Origin: a virus
Virus record (IMG/VR): IMGVR_UViG_3300042876_000344
DNA length: 64,000 nucleotides
Strand: one strand, 5' to 3'
Shown: positions 16,247 through 25,300 of the stretch, one piece after another
How the letters are laid out: the number at the start of each line of letters is the position of its first letter
Position numbering within the stretch: the first letter of the stretch is position 1
The notes under the pieces: model-generated
What the model was told of the DNA's origin: nothing
Database searches by the model: none
The model's input: only the letters and a program-made list of their open reading frames with translations
Position numbers and translations under genes: made by a program

Positions 16247-16920
16247 TTGATCCCCGCGAGCACCGCCGACCAAGGCGATGGCACCGTTGCCGTTTTGTCT
16301 CCGCTAGCGCCGCTGGACACGGGCGCGGTGTACCCGCAGGCAATCCCCTCGTTGGCCCCGCCGTTGATTGTTCCACAGGATGTCCATCCAGCAGGAATAC
16401 CAACGGCCCCGCTTCCATCGGTACTGCCAAAATAGAGCAATATATCTGCTGTTCCGGTGGTTGTGATCGACGTAGCGGTTGCCGTTGTTCCGGTCCCCTT
16501 GTTTACAGTCCCGCAGACATCGGGGGTGGAGGCCGCGCCACTCATCTGCACGATCACGCCAGAGGAGTACTGTGCCCCACCGAACGTAAACGTGTAATTC
16601 CCGCCTTCCGATGAAGCGATCTTGTAGTATGTTGCTACAGATTGCTGGCTGGCTGCTTTCGCGGAACAAACCGACCAGCCAGCGGGGGGCGTCACCGATG
16701 TCGCACTTGAGTTCATCGCTATCCCAGCAAAAAGCATATTCCCGTCTACAATGGAACCCGGTGGGGTTAGAACCAAGGTTGTCGAATTGGCGGAACCAAC
16801 CGGGCTGGAGCTGTTGACGAATGCGGGGCCGCCCGCAGCCGCCCGCCGCCCCACCCGCCGCACCGTCATATCCTGCCCTAGTAGGGTGGGGATAATCGCC
16901 AGAAAAATCAGGAACCTCAC
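16243..16920 (-). CDS. secreted-looking hypothetical protein (GTG start)
   Basis: GTGA coupling. MRFLIFLAIIPTLLGQ. S/T/G-rich beta-type composition. Confidence 0.65.
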   Translation of the reverse strand: MRFLIFLAIIPTLLGQDMTVRRVGRRAAAGGPAFVNSSSPVGSANSTTLVLTPPGSIVDGNMLFAGIAMNSSATSVTPPAGWSVCSAKAASQQSVATYYKIASSEGGNYTFTFGGAQYSSGVIVQMSGAASTPDVCGTVNKGTGTTATATSITTTGTADILLYFGSTDGSGAVGIPAGWTSCGTINGGANEGIACGYTAPVSSGASGDKTATVPSPWSAVLAGIK

Positions 16921-18278
16921 ATTGCCCTCCTCGTTGTAACCTCGACGCCGACCAACGAAACAACGCCAGTGATCGTGTCCGAGGCATGGCCCCTATCTCT
17001 CATGACCTTGAGGTGCATCAGTTCGCCTGCCGCGCATCCGGTCATTGTGATTCCCGTGATGCTGGCCGTGTTGAGTTGCAACGTCGTGCCCTTGGCTGCG
17101 TCGGTAACTGTATTCGCCGTGTTGTACGCTGCGTCGTTGACCTCGGCGTCGGCGCGGCAAGATGTTGCAACCTGCCAAACTACGTCTCCAGTGGTGGCCG
17201 CCGCTTGCCACAGGAATTTCACGTCAACGTTGCCGGCCCAGTCGTCGGGCAGCATGATGATCTGCTGGAGCGAGTAGGTATTGTCGCTGTCCGGGAAATC
17301 AGCAGTCCCCCTCATCATGGTCGTTTCAGTGGACCCCGCCGCGCACGTTGCTGTAGGGGCGTTGGATGCCAGCGTATCCCACATCAGCGTGCCCGTCGTG
17401 CCAGCGCAGCCAGCGGCGGGTAGCCAGATCTTGGAACTGAGCGTGATGACGTTCCCAGTGCCCTCGGCGTCGATGGTCTTGTTGGTGAACGTATCGCTGG
17501 TTGAGGTTGTCACGGCAGCCGTGCAGGACTCAGCCGCGCCGCTCGCATCCACGCCCAACGGGAACGAGCCAGCCGAGCAGTTGGAGCCGTTGGCAGCGAG
17601 CGCCGTGGCTGTCGCCGCGTTGCCCGTCGTGCTCTGATTCAGCGTCGGCACATCCGCAGCCTGAATTGCCGCCGTGGCGGGAATGCCGGTGCTCGGGATG
17701 TGGGTGACAAACTGATTCGCCGTGCGAGTGGCACTCGGAACGACGGTGGTGGATTTCACGCCATTTTCGTTGATCGCATAGAGCGTGAGGCTCGTACTGT
17801 CGAACCACATGCCCATCGTGCTCGCGGCAGGCGTACTCAGCGCCGCGCCCGTCGTGCCCGTGGCGGCAAACTGGCCAGTGCCGGAGGTGGAGAGGACTTT
17901 CTGCCAGCCGGAAGCCGAATCGCAGAACCAGAGGACTTTTGGCGTGGTATCGGTGCGCAACTGCCACTGCTGGCCAGCGGTGCAGGCGCCGGAGGGGTCT
18001 GCGGTCACAGAGGTGACGGCCATGTTGCCGCTACCTGCCGAAGCCTCATCCGCCCAGGTGTTCGTGCCGGTACACAACCGCCCCTTGTGAGTCGTGGTGT
18101 TGTAGTAGCGCATCCCTTCCGTGCAGGTCCCAGGATCGGAGGACTTCTCCGGAACAGGCCGAGAACTGAGAGCCGCGCTCATGTCGATCTTCGTGGCCGC
18201 ATTCGCGGTGTGGCCGTAGGTTTCAGTCTGCGCCCATGCCGCGGACGCCAGAACCAGGAGAGAAATCAGGTATCTCAT
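16917..18278 (-). CDS. secreted-looking fibre-like protein
   Basis: MRYLISLLVLASAAWAQT. Contains a CTEGMRYYNTTTHKGRLCTGTNTW motif like the collagen-like neighbour. T/A/S-rich. Confidence 0.7.
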   Translation of the reverse strand: MRYLISLLVLASAAWAQTETYGHTANAATKIDMSAALSSRPVPEKSSDPGTCTEGMRYYNTTTHKGRLCTGTNTWADEASAGSGNMAVTSVTADPSGACTAGQQWQLRTDTTPKVLWFCDSASGWQKVLSTSGTGQFAATGTTGAALSTPAASTMGMWFDSTSLTLYAINENGVKSTTVVPSATRTANQFVTHIPSTGIPATAAIQAADVPTLNQSTTGNAATATALAANGSNCSAGSFPLGVDASGAAESCTAAVTTSTSDTFTNKTIDAEGTGNVITLSSKIWLPAAGCAGTTGTLMWDTLASNAPTATCAAGSTETTMMRGTADFPDSDNTYSLQQIIMLPDDWAGNVDVKFLWQAAATTGDVVWQVATSCRADAEVNDAAYNTANTVTDAAKGTTLQLNTASITGITMTGCAAGELMHLKVMRDRGHASDTITGVVSLVGVEVTTRRAM

Positions 18279-19516
18279 TAGAATGACCTCACAATCGTGG
18301 CTCGGAACGTTTGGGCGGAAATCGTAGCCGTTCCCGCGATGCGGCAGACCCGCAACGTGACGGTGTTCGCACTGCTGACGTAGGCAGACCAGAGCAGGCC
18401 AGCACCTAGCCCGGTGGGTGCGCCGATCATCACCTCATCGCCGGTTGCCGCGCCGGTGACGGTGATGCTGCCTTCCTCGCAGGAGTTGGTGAATGTGGAC
18501 ATGCTGAGGGAGGCTGTTCCAGTGATCCGCGTTGGCACGATGGCCGGGTCCATCAGGATCAGCGAGCCACTCGGAGGCCCGCCGACGTAGCAGGAGCCCG
18601 TGTACGCGCTGCCCGCCGCCGGGTTGATCGTCACATCGCCGCTGCTGTTCGTGGTGTAGGCCACGCCGCTCGCCCAGACGCCATCTGACGTTCGGCGGCA
18701 GCCTAGGAATACCGGAGTCGTCCCTAGTCCGTGCGTGGCCGCTGTGACCGTCCTGGACGTCTCGCCCGCAAATGCGATCAGGTAGGGCGAGGCGGAGCCC
18801 GTGCCCTCACCCGCAGGTCCAGTCGCTCCGGTAGCACCCGTGGCACCGGTCGCCCCGGCAACTCCCTGGATGCCCTGAGAGCCTGTCGCGCCAGTGGCGC
18901 CGGTTGCGCCTGTCGGGCCAGTCGGCCCCGTGGGCCCAGCCGTTCCAGAGCCGCCGCTGCCGCCGCCGCCCGTGGTGGTCCAGCAGGTGCCCGTCTCGGC
19001 AGGCGAGAATCCCACCGTAACCGAGTTCAGACCGAACACGGGAGCAATCGGCGTGATCTCCGTGTCGTCGCTGGCCCTTCGGCATGTGATCGTGACGGCC
19101 TTGGTATTCCAGTTGTGGGTGACGGTCGCACTGGTAGCGGAGGAGAATGACTGTTCAGCCACTGAGCCAACCGGTCCAGTTGGTCCTGTCGGCCCCGATG
19201 GCCCCGTGCTCCCGGTCGCTCCACTGGGCCCCGTCGGGCCCGTTGGCCCTGCCGGTCCAGTTGCACCCGCGGCTCCGGCTGTTCCTGTTGGTCCTGTCGG
19301 ACCCGTTGGACCGATGCTGCCGGCGCCGGCGGCGACCCAGGTGTCGGGCGGGACGGCGCAGTTATAGAGGCCGGCGCTGGCTCCGGTTTTCTGGAAGAGG
19401 TCGCCAAGGTTGCACTTCGCCGGGAGCGTTCCCCCTTGGGGGGTCACCCGGCGCGCGCCGCCAAATTGGGCCATCAGCGGCAAGGATAAAACCAAAACCG
19501 CCAGAACGTGTTTCAT
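18278..19516 (-). CDS. collagen-like triple-helix-repeat fibre protein with signal-like N-terminus
   Basis: MKHVLAVLVLSLPLMAQ. Two G-x-y tracts (GPTGPTGPTGTAGAAGATGPAGPTGPTGPSG... and GPTGPTGPTGATGATGATGSQGIQG...). Confidence 0.85.
   Translation of the reverse strand: MKHVLAVLVLSLPLMAQFGGARRVTPQGGTLPAKCNLGDLFQKTGASAGLYNCAVPPDTWVAAGAGSIGPTGPTGPTGTAGAAGATGPAGPTGPTGPSGATGSTGPSGPTGPTGPVGSVAEQSFSSATSATVTHNWNTKAVTITCRRASDDTEITPIAPVFGLNSVTVGFSPAETGTCWTTTGGGGSGGSGTAGPTGPTGPTGATGATGATGSQGIQGVAGATGATGATGATGPAGEGTGSASPYLIAFAGETSRTVTAATHGLGTTPVFLGCRRTSDGVWASGVAYTTNSSGDVTINPAAGSAYTGSCYVGGPPSGSLILMDPAIVPTRITGTASLSMSTFTNSCEEGSITVTGAATGDEVMIGAPTGLGAGLLWSAYVSSANTVTLRVCRIAGTATISAQTFRATIVRSF
18803..18946 (-). 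repeat. collagen G-x-y repeat tract 2 (coding)
   Basis: About aa 191-238 of the same protein. Confidence 0.8.
19166..19321 (-). repeat. collagen G-x-y repeat tract 1 (coding)
   Basis: About aa 66-117 of the 18278-19516 protein. Confidence 0.8.
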
Positions 19517-19821
19517 GATGTTCTCCTCGCTGCCGTCTGCTGAACGTGGCCGTCCAGCTTCTTCTCAATTTCGTCGACTCTCTCTGCGATGTTCTCGATC
19601 TTGTCGCCCTGGGCGTCCAACTGGGCGCCGACAGTGGCCGCTCTCATGAATGAGCCGTTTACCCATTCGCGCGTTTCCCTCTGCTGCAGGGCCATCGTGT
19701 CCTTGATTGCGAGTGAGAATTTGGCAAACTCGGCGCGGACTACATACATGACGATCCCTCCGAGAACGCCTGTCCCTGTCACGGTAGCGCCAATGGCTTC
19801 AGCAGTCATAGAAAAATCCAT
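19513..19821 (-). CDS. membrane-anchored coiled-coil protein (lysis-cassette associated; function unknown)
   Basis: TM-like GATVTGTGVLGGIVMYVV followed by a coiled coil. ATGA-coupled to the collagen-like gene. Confidence 0.55.
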   Translation of the reverse strand: MDFSMTAEAIGATVTGTGVLGGIVMYVVRAEFAKFSLAIKDTMALQQRETREWVNGSFMRAATVGAQLDAQGDKIENIAERVDEIEKKLDGHVQQTAARRTS

Positions 19822-19870
19822 TCGTGTGGCTCCAAGTTAATATTTGGGCGGATGACTGCCGCCCGTTATG

Positions 19871-20164
19871 TCACTGCCGCGGCTCAGTCGTAGTCGTCGT
19901 TGACGTTGGCGTGGTGACCGTCGTTGTGGTGACTGCGCCGTCGCCCCATTCGAGGCGGGGCAGTGGAGACTGCTTGACGTAGGTAGCGAAGTGGTAGAGG
20001 CTGGACAACGCCAGCATCTGCAGCATGTGCGGCAACCCCTTCGGGTCGAGGTTGAATTCGCCCGGGGCGATGAGCCATGCGGAGAGCGTGGTGGCGATAC
20101 CTCCGATAAGGGCGCCGACCAACCCATAAATCCAGCCAATCAGCTTTTTCTGGTTGTTTGTCAT
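19871..20164 (-). CDS. holin-like small membrane protein
   Basis: 97 aa. Hydrophobic segments LIGWIYGLVGALIGGIATTLSAWLI and MLQMLALSSLYHF. Thr-rich tail. Lies in the lysis region. Confidence 0.5.
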   Translation of the reverse strand: MTNNQKKLIGWIYGLVGALIGGIATTLSAWLIAPGEFNLDPKGLPHMLQMLALSSLYHFATYVKQSPLPRLEWGDGAVTTTTVTTPTSTTTTTEPRQ

Positions 20165-20173
20165 CGTGTCCTT

Positions 20174-20419
20174 TCAGGTGGGCGGCGCCGTTGCTCTCGC
20201 CGCATTGATCTCCGCGCGGATCTGCGCGCTGATTGCCAGGGCCTCGTCCGACGCCTTGATGGCGTTGTCGTCAATCTCCAGGATGGCAATCGGGAAATCC
20301 GGAGCTTGCTTCTTGATGAGGTTGTAGATCGTGCGCGCGGCCGTCGCTTCAATGGAAATCATCGGGATGCTCTGCCCGATCTGAAACGTCATCTGGAGGA
20401 TTTTGTCGATGGTGCTCAT
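20174..20419 (-). CDS. small hypothetical protein (81 aa)
   Basis: ATG 20419 overlaps the upstream TGA. Only this 3' part of track ORF 20174-20803 is protein-like (MSTIDKILQMTFQIGQSIPMISIE...). Confidence 0.5.
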   Translation of the reverse strand: MSTIDKILQMTFQIGQSIPMISIEATAARTIYNLIKKQAPDFPIAILEIDDNAIKASDEALAISAQIRAEINAARATAPPT

Positions 20420-20826
20420 CGTGCCTCCAGGATCATGGTCAGCGTTGAGGTCACGCCCGCGACCAGCCCCGCAACGGTGGGACTGCTGTACTCGGGGGGG
20501 AGACCCAACGATTTGATAAGCCCTTGGACCGCGGCGATTTTCGTAGTCGGGTCGCCGGAGCGTTGCAGGATGGCGATTGCGGCCTTCTGGGCGGCCGCCA
20601 CGCGGTCGGTCCAGTCCAGGATGCTCAGCACCATGGCATCGCTGATCTGCCCGTCCTTGCGGGCCTGGGCCACGCGCTTGACCGCCGCCAGGTTCACCTC
20701 GGCCAGAATCCCGATTCCCTGGTGGACTCGGAACTCGACGGATTGCGGCGGTGCAGGGGTGCCGGGCGCGGGCTTGTTCCCGCACCCGACAATGAAGAGG
20801 CACAGCGCGACGAGGAGGGTTCGCAT
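20416..20826 (-). CDS. lipoprotein (lipobox LFIVGC), possibly spanin-like
   Basis: MRTLLVALCLFIVGCGNK. Adjacent to the endolysin region. Confidence 0.65.
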   Translation of the reverse strand: MRTLLVALCLFIVGCGNKPAPGTPAPPQSVEFRVHQGIGILAEVNLAAVKRVAQARKDGQISDAMVLSILDWTDRVAAAQKAAIAILQRSGDPTTKIAAVQGLIKSLGLPPEYSSPTVAGLVAGVTSTLTMILEAR

Positions 20827-21506
20827 TACTTCACCACCCTCCAGCCCCAGGCTTCCTTCAGGTGCTTGACTCCCTTGGAGTCGGTGAAGATATCGCCCAC
20901 GGCATAGCCGTCGGGCTGGGTCCTCAGTTCATGCTGCGCGGCGCTGATCCCGGAAACGCGCCCCAAGGGGCCTTCGCCCTCGGGGGTGGGCGCCTGCGTC
21001 GACACGGGGGCGGGGGGTGTGGGCGGGATCTCTGCGGCCGGGACCGGACCGGGGGCGGGGCGGGGAACTTCCAGTTCGTCTATCAGGTCCAGGTCGGACT
21101 CTACCGATACGCCGGCGCCGGCGTGGTAGTAGCGGTCGACGATGCCGGCAGCGTTCAATCGGCGCCCGTTGGGCAGGACCACGGAATAGGTCAGCTTGTC
21201 GGCGTAGTAGATTCCACCTTCGATCCCACGGACAGCCTCAAGGGTGGCGCCGGGAACGAACAATTGGACCAAGCGGAGAGCTTCCTGCGCGCCGGAGGGG
21301 CTCGCGCTCTGTTTCGGGTTGACGTAATGGTTCACTTGCCCGTTCGTCGTGTTGTACACCGCGATGGCGTCAAACAACGCGTAATAGTCTGGGACGAAGG
21401 TGTAATCCGGCTCCGTTCCTTTCGGATGGAAATACGGGTTGTGTGCGGCTGGGCCAGCGTATCCCCAGTCATTGGGGAGGGGTGAGTTTCTGAGGGCGAT
21501 ATTCAT
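20826..21506 (-). CDS. hypothetical protein with Pro-rich linker
   Basis: 226-aa ORF, tightly coupled at both ends. Confidence 0.6.
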   Translation of the reverse strand: MNIALRNSPLPNDWGYAGPAAHNPYFHPKGTEPDYTFVPDYYALFDAIAVYNTTNGQVNHYVNPKQSASPSGAQEALRLVQLFVPGATLEAVRGIEGGIYYADKLTYSVVLPNGRRLNAAGIVDRYYHAGAGVSVESDLDLIDELEVPRPAPGPVPAAEIPPTPPAPVSTQAPTPEGEGPLGRVSGISAAQHELRTQPDGYAVGDIFTDSKGVKHLKEAWGWRVVK

Positions 21507-21985
21507 TCAGGCAATCCTTTCGACTGGGCCCATGCGCGATAATCCGCATCTCTGGGCCACACGAGAGACGGACATTCGGTTGCCCGCACCTGACGGTGCA
21601 GGAGGATTTTCGTAATCGGGTGCCGCGCCATGATCCAGCGGATGACGGCAATCAGGGTTTCATCCTGTTCTTGGGTGAGCCCTTCCTTCTCGCCCTGGGG
21701 CAATGGGCGATAGGCTTCAATTTCAATCCCGATGGAGGAGTGGTTGATGTCGCGGTTGCCAGCATGCCAGGCAGCATCCTTTTCGTCGACGCATTGGATA
21801 ACGGCGCCGCCCCTGGTGATAACGTAGTGCGCGCTGACCTGTGATTTCGCATCCTGGAACCACTTCACCGCGCCCGCTGCCTTGCCAGACGTGTTGTGCA
21901 GCACGATGGCAGAGATCTCTTTTTCGCGCGGCGACCGATTGGGCGACCGCGCGAATGAGATCGCAAAGTGCAGCGCATTATCCAA
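21503..21985 (-). CDS. N-acetylmuramoyl-L-alanine amidase (Amidase_2/PGRP-type endolysin)
   Basis: AIVLHNT...VSAHYVI...AAWHAG...HSSIGIEIE motifs. The start is uncertain: TTG 21985 (GAGG 7 nt upstream, 8-nt overlap) is preferred over ATG 22048 or 22096, which would overlap the upstream gene by 71 nt or more. Confidence 0.8.
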   Translation of the reverse strand: MDNALHFAISFARSPNRSPREKEISAIVLHNTSGKAAGAVKWFQDAKSQVSAHYVITRGGAVIQCVDEKDAAWHAGNRDINHSSIGIEIEAYRPLPQGEKEGLTQEQDETLIAVIRWIMARHPITKILLHRQVRATECPSLVWPRDADYRAWAQSKGLPE

Positions 21986-22382
21986 GGTACGGCCTCGAAA
22001 CGACGAAGAAACTCCGGTCGGCCGTCTGGACAACCGGCGACGTCCCATCGTGCGAGATGAGTTGGATGAACCGGCCGGCGGCGAAATCGCCTCCAACCAG
22101 CGTCATGAAGCTGCTCGCCGGGCCGGCAGTGTACTCGACAGGAGCCCCGCCGACATCGTAGACGGGCGCCCATCCAGCGTCGTTGTAGGCTGGCACGTCG
22201 TTGGGATAGGCGAGCCCGCGGCCGTGGTGGACGTTGAGCCTGATCTTGGTCGCTCCCGCATCCCAGGCGGCGGGCATGAAGATGCCGACCAGCGCCTGCC
22301 CGTGGAGGGGGATCGGCTGGCTCACAGACCGGCCAGAAACGAAGCTGGCCGGAATCTCCTGCTGTTGGTAAAACTCGCTCAT
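21978..22382 (-). CDS. hypothetical protein
   Basis: 134 aa, ATGA-coupled to the giant ORF. Confidence 0.6.
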   Translation of the reverse strand: MSEFYQQQEIPASFVSGRSVSQPIPLHGQALVGIFMPAAWDAGATKIRLNVHHGRGLAYPNDVPAYNDAGWAPVYDVGGAPVEYTAGPASSFMTLVGGDFAAGRFIQLISHDGTSPVVQTADRSFFVVSRPYLG

Positions 22383-25300
22383 TCAGGTAGTCTCCTTAGG
22401 AATTCTTTCATGATTTCGACCTTGCGTTCTGGGGTAGCCGTGCGGATTGACTTTCCGCCCTCAGCCTTGATGACAGATTGGCGTGCCTGGTTTGCCGCGG
22501 AGTTGATGGCCCTCTTCTTCTGCTGCTCATCGAACGCATCAAATGCCGGGTTCGCCCTGATTCGCTTGATAGCCGCCCGCGCTGCCTTTTCCTGCGCCTC
22601 GCGCCGGAGGGTGTAGTAGGAATTCTCCTGCGCACCGCCGGCGGCAGACGTGAATCTCTTCAGCACCGCGGTGGGCAGCGTCTCTCCGCCGATCTCTTCG
22701 GGCTTGATCGCGCCCGCCGCTGCCGCTGCTGTGTCGGCGAGGTTCAGCAGTTGCGGCGTCCAGCCCCCGAGCGTGGATTTCACGAACTGCTCCACCTTGA
22801 TGGGAGGAGCGTTCAGTGCGCCGGCCAGCTTCTTCATCGTCCCGCTGGTATTCGGCGCCACCTGCTCCTCCACCGGCAGGTCCTGCAGCCGCTGGTTCAC
22901 GATGGGCTTCTGGCGGAAGGTGTCGAAGTTCGTTGCGTACTCTGTCGACGGCTTCGCGGCCTGCGGCAGGAGCCCCGCCCACATCCCGCGCGGGCTTGGA
23001 TCGAACGGCAACACGGACCCGGCAATCGGCCGTGCCACGTCCTGCAGCGGGTTCACCTTCTCCCCGCCCATCTGCGCTTCAATGGCGCGCCGAACAGGAG
23101 TGGCGATGGCGCCGATATCCGGAGCCATTTTCATTTTGAACACGCCATCGTACCGGCCGGTCTTTTCGTTCTTCACCGCGCCCGGCGCGATGTAGATCAT
23201 GTACCCCTCTTTTTCGTATTCGGGGATATCCCTGTAGATGGCCCTGCGCTTTTCGTCGTACATATTGGCGACGGTGAGCATCGCCATGGGAGCATACACC
23301 CCCACCATGATCTTCGTTGCGGTCTGGACGGGCCGATCCTGGAATGCTGACACGAACGACCTGGCGCCCTGGACGCGGGCGTTCAGGTAGAGGATGGCAC
23401 CGCCTAGGCCGTTGGTGACATCGCCATGCCGCCGATAGTTTGGGAGCTCATTATTGGCCGCATGGACGCCGGCGGCCTCAGCTTCAGCCGGAGTTGCCCC
23501 CCGCCGGAGATTCGCCCGCTCTGTCCCGAGGAACAGACGCGCCCGGCCAAACTGCTCGCCCCGGTTGTTGAAGTCCTCAATCGCGCGGATCAGACCGGCG
23601 GCGCGCTTTACGGGGATGCCGACAGCCCACTTGACCTTGTTGCCCTTGAACCCTTCGGCGTCGACCAAGTGCTTGGCGTAGTCCTTGGCACTGCGAAACT
23701 TCCGCATGCCGCCGACAGTCTGCGGCATCGTCTCACGGAACAGGTCCAGCGAAGTGAACCCGGCCCCGGTTTTCTCGATTCGGCTCCAGGTCTGGTTATG
23801 GAAGTAGGCCGCGGCGAACGCCTGCCCAAACACCTTCGGGTTTAGGGACGTGTCCCGGTATTCCTTCGAATTCACCAGGGTGGTGAACCAGTCTCCCACC
23901 GGGTTAGCAAAACCGAATGCGATGTTCGCCCCCGTCGTGCCCATCCGCGCCAAGCGCGCCGGCCCGTTCATGATGAGAGCCAGGGTCTTGTTCATCTGCT
24001 GGGCGTTGAGACATTTCGCCGCCGCCGCGATCTCCGGCGTGGTCTGGATGACGACCTTCTTGCCGTCGCGCAGATAGGTGAACGACGTTTTCGAGTCTGC
24101 CTCGCTGACCTCCTGCAGGAGCCCCTGCATTCCCGGCTTGTTGGCGTAGCTGGCCAGGAGCGCCGCCGCCTTGTTTTTCTCGCCCTGCTCGAATGCCTTC
24201 CGGGTCCTATCAAGCATCGTCTCAAGCGGGTTTTCGATGGCGCGCTCACTGCCGACACGCTTCTGGTAGACGCTCTGGGCGGAGAGGGATGCCGTCGCCT
24301 TCGTGCCAGACATGTTGGCGGATGCGTCTTCAATGGCGCCCATAATGCGGCTGAGAGGAACATGCTCTGTGCCGTATTGCTGCCGCCAGACGCCGGCGAT
24401 CTGCTGGCTCACCAGCCCTGACTTGACGCTATAATCCAGGAGCCTGTCACCAGCCAGCCCCACCTCTTTGGCGAGTTGCCCGTAGGTGATGCCGGATTCA
24501 TTGGCCGGCATGTTCACATACTTGTTGTAAATTGCCTTCGCTCCGGCCAGGTCAACGCCGGTAGCCCGGTCTTTGCCCTGCGACTCGCGGATGGCTTCCT
24601 TGGCCACAAGGAAATCGTTGAGGGCCTGGTAGTCGTCCGCGGCCTGAATCGCGCGCATGAGCCCGCCGTCGCGGATCTCGCGCTCTGCAAGCTCACGGCT
24701 GCCGAGCGATCGGTCGGCAGCGTTGCTGAAGTCCCGGCGCGATGAATCGTTGTTCTTCGCGAGCACGTCGAGGATCGGGGAGAGGTTGTCGACGAACTCC
24801 GCCTTCCGCTTGGTGAGTTTCTCTAGGAGCGAGTACTCCTTGCCCTTGCGCGCCGCTTCCCGCTTGGCCGCGAGGGTTGCCCGCGCCTGCTCTGCCGCGT
24901 CCATCGGCGGTGCCGGCTGCTTGCCTGGGATCGTGAGGAAGCCGCCCTGGTCGGCTAGGCGGCGGGGGGAGACTCCAGAGGGGGCGTCGAAGAGTCCGGG
25001 ACCTTCTGACGGACCACTGGCCACTCCTCCGCCAGGCTCCGCAGGAACGCCGCCTTCTCCTCCGCGGACAGCCTTGGATACCTCGGCTCTGACGATTCCG
25101 TAGAGTTGATCTGCGACCTGTTTGCGGGGCTTTCCATCGGCAACCTCTCGGGCTGCCTGGGCGATGGCGTCGGCGATTGGACCGGATTTATCCTGGAGGG
25201 CATCGAATACTCCCAGCGCCTCGCCAGCTTCTCCAGCGATCTGCGCGTTTCGTTCCGCCTCTATTTTATTCCCAGCGCCGGCCAAACGCGAGGCCGCGTT

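Noticed and set aside
18731-19518. Plus-strand ORFs opposite the collagen-like gene (18731-19150, 18894-19367, 19147-19518)
   Set aside because: These are mirror-image artefacts of the G-x-y repeats (Pro/Val/Gly-rich) inside a strongly supported minus-strand gene.
21986-22096. N-terminal extension of the amidase ORF (MEAISPPAGSSNSSRTMGRRRLSRRPTGVSSSFRGRT)
   Set aside because: It is low-complexity and overlaps the upstream gene by up to 119 nt. The conserved amidase domain starts after it.
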